A DNA stretch of 64,000 nucleotides, taken from assembly GCA_028867025.1 (NCBI GenBank), contig JAGWHC010000001.1, forward strand, positions 118,972-182,971. Reading direction: 5' to 3'. Shown here piece after piece: positions 62,632-64,000 of this stretch. Below the pieces are notes generated by a model. That model made no database searches. It saw only the letters and a program-made list of their open reading frames with translations, and was not told the DNA's origin. Source of the DNA: Candidatus Micrarchaeota archaeon (GTDB lineage: Archaea > Micrarchaeota > Micrarchaeia > Micrarchaeales > CABMGC01). Every line of letters begins with the position of its first letter. Position 1 is the first letter of the stretch. The translations under genes were made by a program, and so were the position numbers.

Positions 62632-63365
62632 TTTGACGCCTCGCCTGCGGCACTTCCGCCTATGTATGAGAAATATGCCGGCACTAGCGGAAGTATGCAC
62701 GGCGAGAGGAAAGTGAGAACTCCGGCGGCTATGGCTATCAGGAAATTGAGGGAGCCGCTCAGCGAGATGTAGCCTGCGCCTCCGCTACTCACCAGGAACA
62801 CCGAGAGCAGGCCTATGTATCCGGAAACCACCAGAGCACCAACGCCGATGAGGAATATGCCGCTCACTATGTTAAGATACTTCATCATGCCCCTGGATCT
62901 CCTGAGGAACTCGGAGAACCTTGACATGAAGGCCCCGGCTATAAGGAAGGGTATGCCCAGGCCGAACGAATACGCCAGGAGCAGCAGGAAGCTGGTGCCC
63001 GGGGAGGTTGCGGCGAGCGCGTATATAGAGCCGAGAATGGGACCGACGCAGGGAGTCCAGCCTATCGCAAACGCGATTCCGAATATGAGAGATGAGAGGT
63101 AGCTGCTCTGCATTCTTCCGAAGCGGAGCATGTGCTCCCCGCTGAAGAAAGGCACAAGCCAGCGGTTGGAAACTATCAATATGACCCCGAACGCTATCAC
63201 TATGATGCCGCCCACTATTCTAAGCAGGTTCATCAGCCCCACCGCAAGACTCGAAACCAGAAGCTGCAGCGCTATCCCAACCAGCGAAAATACGATTACG
63301 AACCCTATCACAAAGAATATCGAATTCAGGAAAACGATCTCTGCCTTGTCCACTTGATTCACCAA
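62628..63365 (-). CDS. ccdA: Cytochrome c biogenesis/thiol-disulfide electron transporter CcdA (DsbD membrane domain)
   Basis: FLSPCILPLVPAYFSYIGG and GWTPCVGPILGS (two conserved Cys motifs). 6 TM helices. Confidence 0.85.
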   Translation of the reverse strand: MVNQVDKAEIVFLNSIFFVIGFVIVFSLVGIALQLLVSSLAVGLMNLLRIVGGIIVIAFGVILIVSNRWLVPFFSGEHMLRFGRMQSSYLSSLIFGIAFAIGWTPCVGPILGSIYALAATSPGTSFLLLLAYSFGLGIPFLIAGAFMSRFSEFLRRSRGMMKYLNIVSGIFLIGVGALVVSGYIGLLSVFLVSSGGAGYISLSGSLNFLIAIAAGVLTFLSPCILPLVPAYFSYIGGSAAGEASK

Positions 63366-63372
63366 GAGTAGG

Positions 63373-63444
63373 TGGACCCTGCGGGATTCGCACCCGCGAC
63401 CTTTTCGTTGCGAACGAAACGCGCTACTGCTGCGCTAAGGGCCC
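63373..63444 (-). tRNA. tRNA-Ala (CGC) with atypical D-loop/T-loop
   Basis: Hand-folded. Acceptor GGGCCCT/AGGGTCC including G3:U70, D arm GCGC-AGCAGTA-GCGC, anticodon stem TTTCG/CGAAA, loop UUCGCAA, T arm GCGGG-TGCGAAT-CCCGC. Confidence 0.75.
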
Positions 63445-63486
63445 CTGAGATTAGATTCCCTGCCTCACTATTTATCTCTTGCTCTG

Positions 63487-64000
63487 CTATCCCCTTTTCT
63501 GCGGAAGAAACCTTTCGCTCGCGCCTTCCAGATAGCTCTGAACATAAGCGGGATTGAGCACGTCGTTGCCGTAGCCCTCGCCCACGCGGTCTCTCAGGCC
63601 GCCCTCGGCGTCTATGGAAAAGTCGAGGCTGTCCACTCCGCTCTGTATCGCGGTTATTTTCCTTCTTACGTTGCTTCCGTCTAGACCTCCGGCTATTACT
63701 ATGTTCGACTTCACGCCCCGCGCCCTGAAAGTCAGGTAGGCGGACACGCTCTCCGACATGTCAAACTCGATTCCCTTGCCTCCCGACTGGTCAAGTATTA
63801 TGTACTCAACATCTGCATACTCTTTTGCAAGCCTGTCTGCAACCTGCTCGCCAGTCATGCCGCCGGTGACCGAAGAGGACATCTGCAGAGTTATCTTCAG
63901 CTTCGGGAATCTGCTCCTTATCTCCGACACCTGCTCGGGCGTGGGCCACACTTTGTTTATCTGGACTCCGCCCACGAGCCCCCTGTCGTAAATGCTCCTT
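63487..64000 (-). CDS. TIM-barrel-like protein (possibly PRAI/TrpF-like); N-terminus runs off the window
   Basis: The frame stays open to 64000. IILDQSGGKG...VIAGGLDGSNV resembles phosphate-binding barrel enzymes. Assignment is weak. Confidence 0.4.
   Translation of the reverse strand, partial: RSIYDRGLVGGVQINKVWPTPEQVSEIRSRFPKLKITLQMSSSVTGGMTGEQVADRLAKEYADVEYIILDQSGGKGIEFDMSESVSAYLTFRARGVKSNIVIAGGLDGSNVRRKITAIQSGVDSLDFSIDAEGGLRDRVGEGYGNDVLNPAYVQSYLEGASERFLPQKRG

Noticed and set aside
63372-63557. 61-aa plus-strand ORF
   Set aside because: It overlaps the tRNA-Ala gene and the 3' end of the TIM-barrel gene on the other strand, so it is spurious.

Overview
Archaeal chromosomal segment. All family assignments come from motif recall; no database search was possible. 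The archaeal call rests on Rpo4/F, Rpo7/E', Spt4, L21e, pelota, KsgA, archaeal-type ProRS and GluRS, an intron-containing tRNA-Trp, and TATA-like boxes about 25 nt upstream of many start codons, so many mRNAs look leaderless. Coding is dense on both strands in a GC-rich background (a hand-counted 60-nt line at 45001 is 36/60 G+C). This produces many long spurious antisense ORFs in the track.

Layout:
- (i) 1-9.7 kb, cell-envelope block: an operon of at least four tandem paralogous membrane proteins with signal peptides, one more membrane protein, two convergent GT-C-like giant membrane proteins, and a small VirB2/TrbC-like two-helix protein.
- (ii) 9.8-35.9 kb, mostly housekeeping: MazEF-like TA pair, DUF192, MoxR, rpoF, DUF655, L21e, a single-repeat TBP-like gene, DedA, pelota, a class-III-signal pilin-like protein, ksgA, MBL hydrolase, CYTH, EF-Tu-like protein, msrA, tdk, tRNA-Trp, HAD, LysW-like, proS, tRNA-Gln, alaX, ASCH, SufU, PAP2, PIN, rpoE, spt4, FKBP, gltX, DRG.
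- (iii) 36-50.4 kb: two paralogous tandem-Lrp regulators in divergent orientation. Between them lie tRNA-Pro, Nudix, Nre, an AT-rich accessory island of about 5 kb (39.65-44.76 kb), and then lipA, nnr, split lplA/lplB, a Rieske protein and a DMT transporter.
- The island carries a Dam methylase with a convergent unknown gene, a 3-gene cassette ending in a HEPN-like protein, a wHTH-AlbA_2 protein and five tandem small HTH genes.
- (iv) 50.5-55.5 kb: 2-oxoacid dehydrogenase operon (E1a, E1b, small membrane ORF, E2, E3).
- (v) 55.5-64 kb: ABC-2 transporter, polyprenyl synthase, ubiE, CPBP, menA, DipZ-like thioredoxin, ccdA, tRNA-Ala and a partial TIM-barrel gene.

Most interesting candidates:
- the AT-rich island and its uncharacterised cassettes;
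- the tandem membrane-protein family together with the VirB2-like protein (possible Ced/Ted/T4SS-like apparatus);
- the half-size TBP;
- two conserved genes that appear to need CTG start codons.
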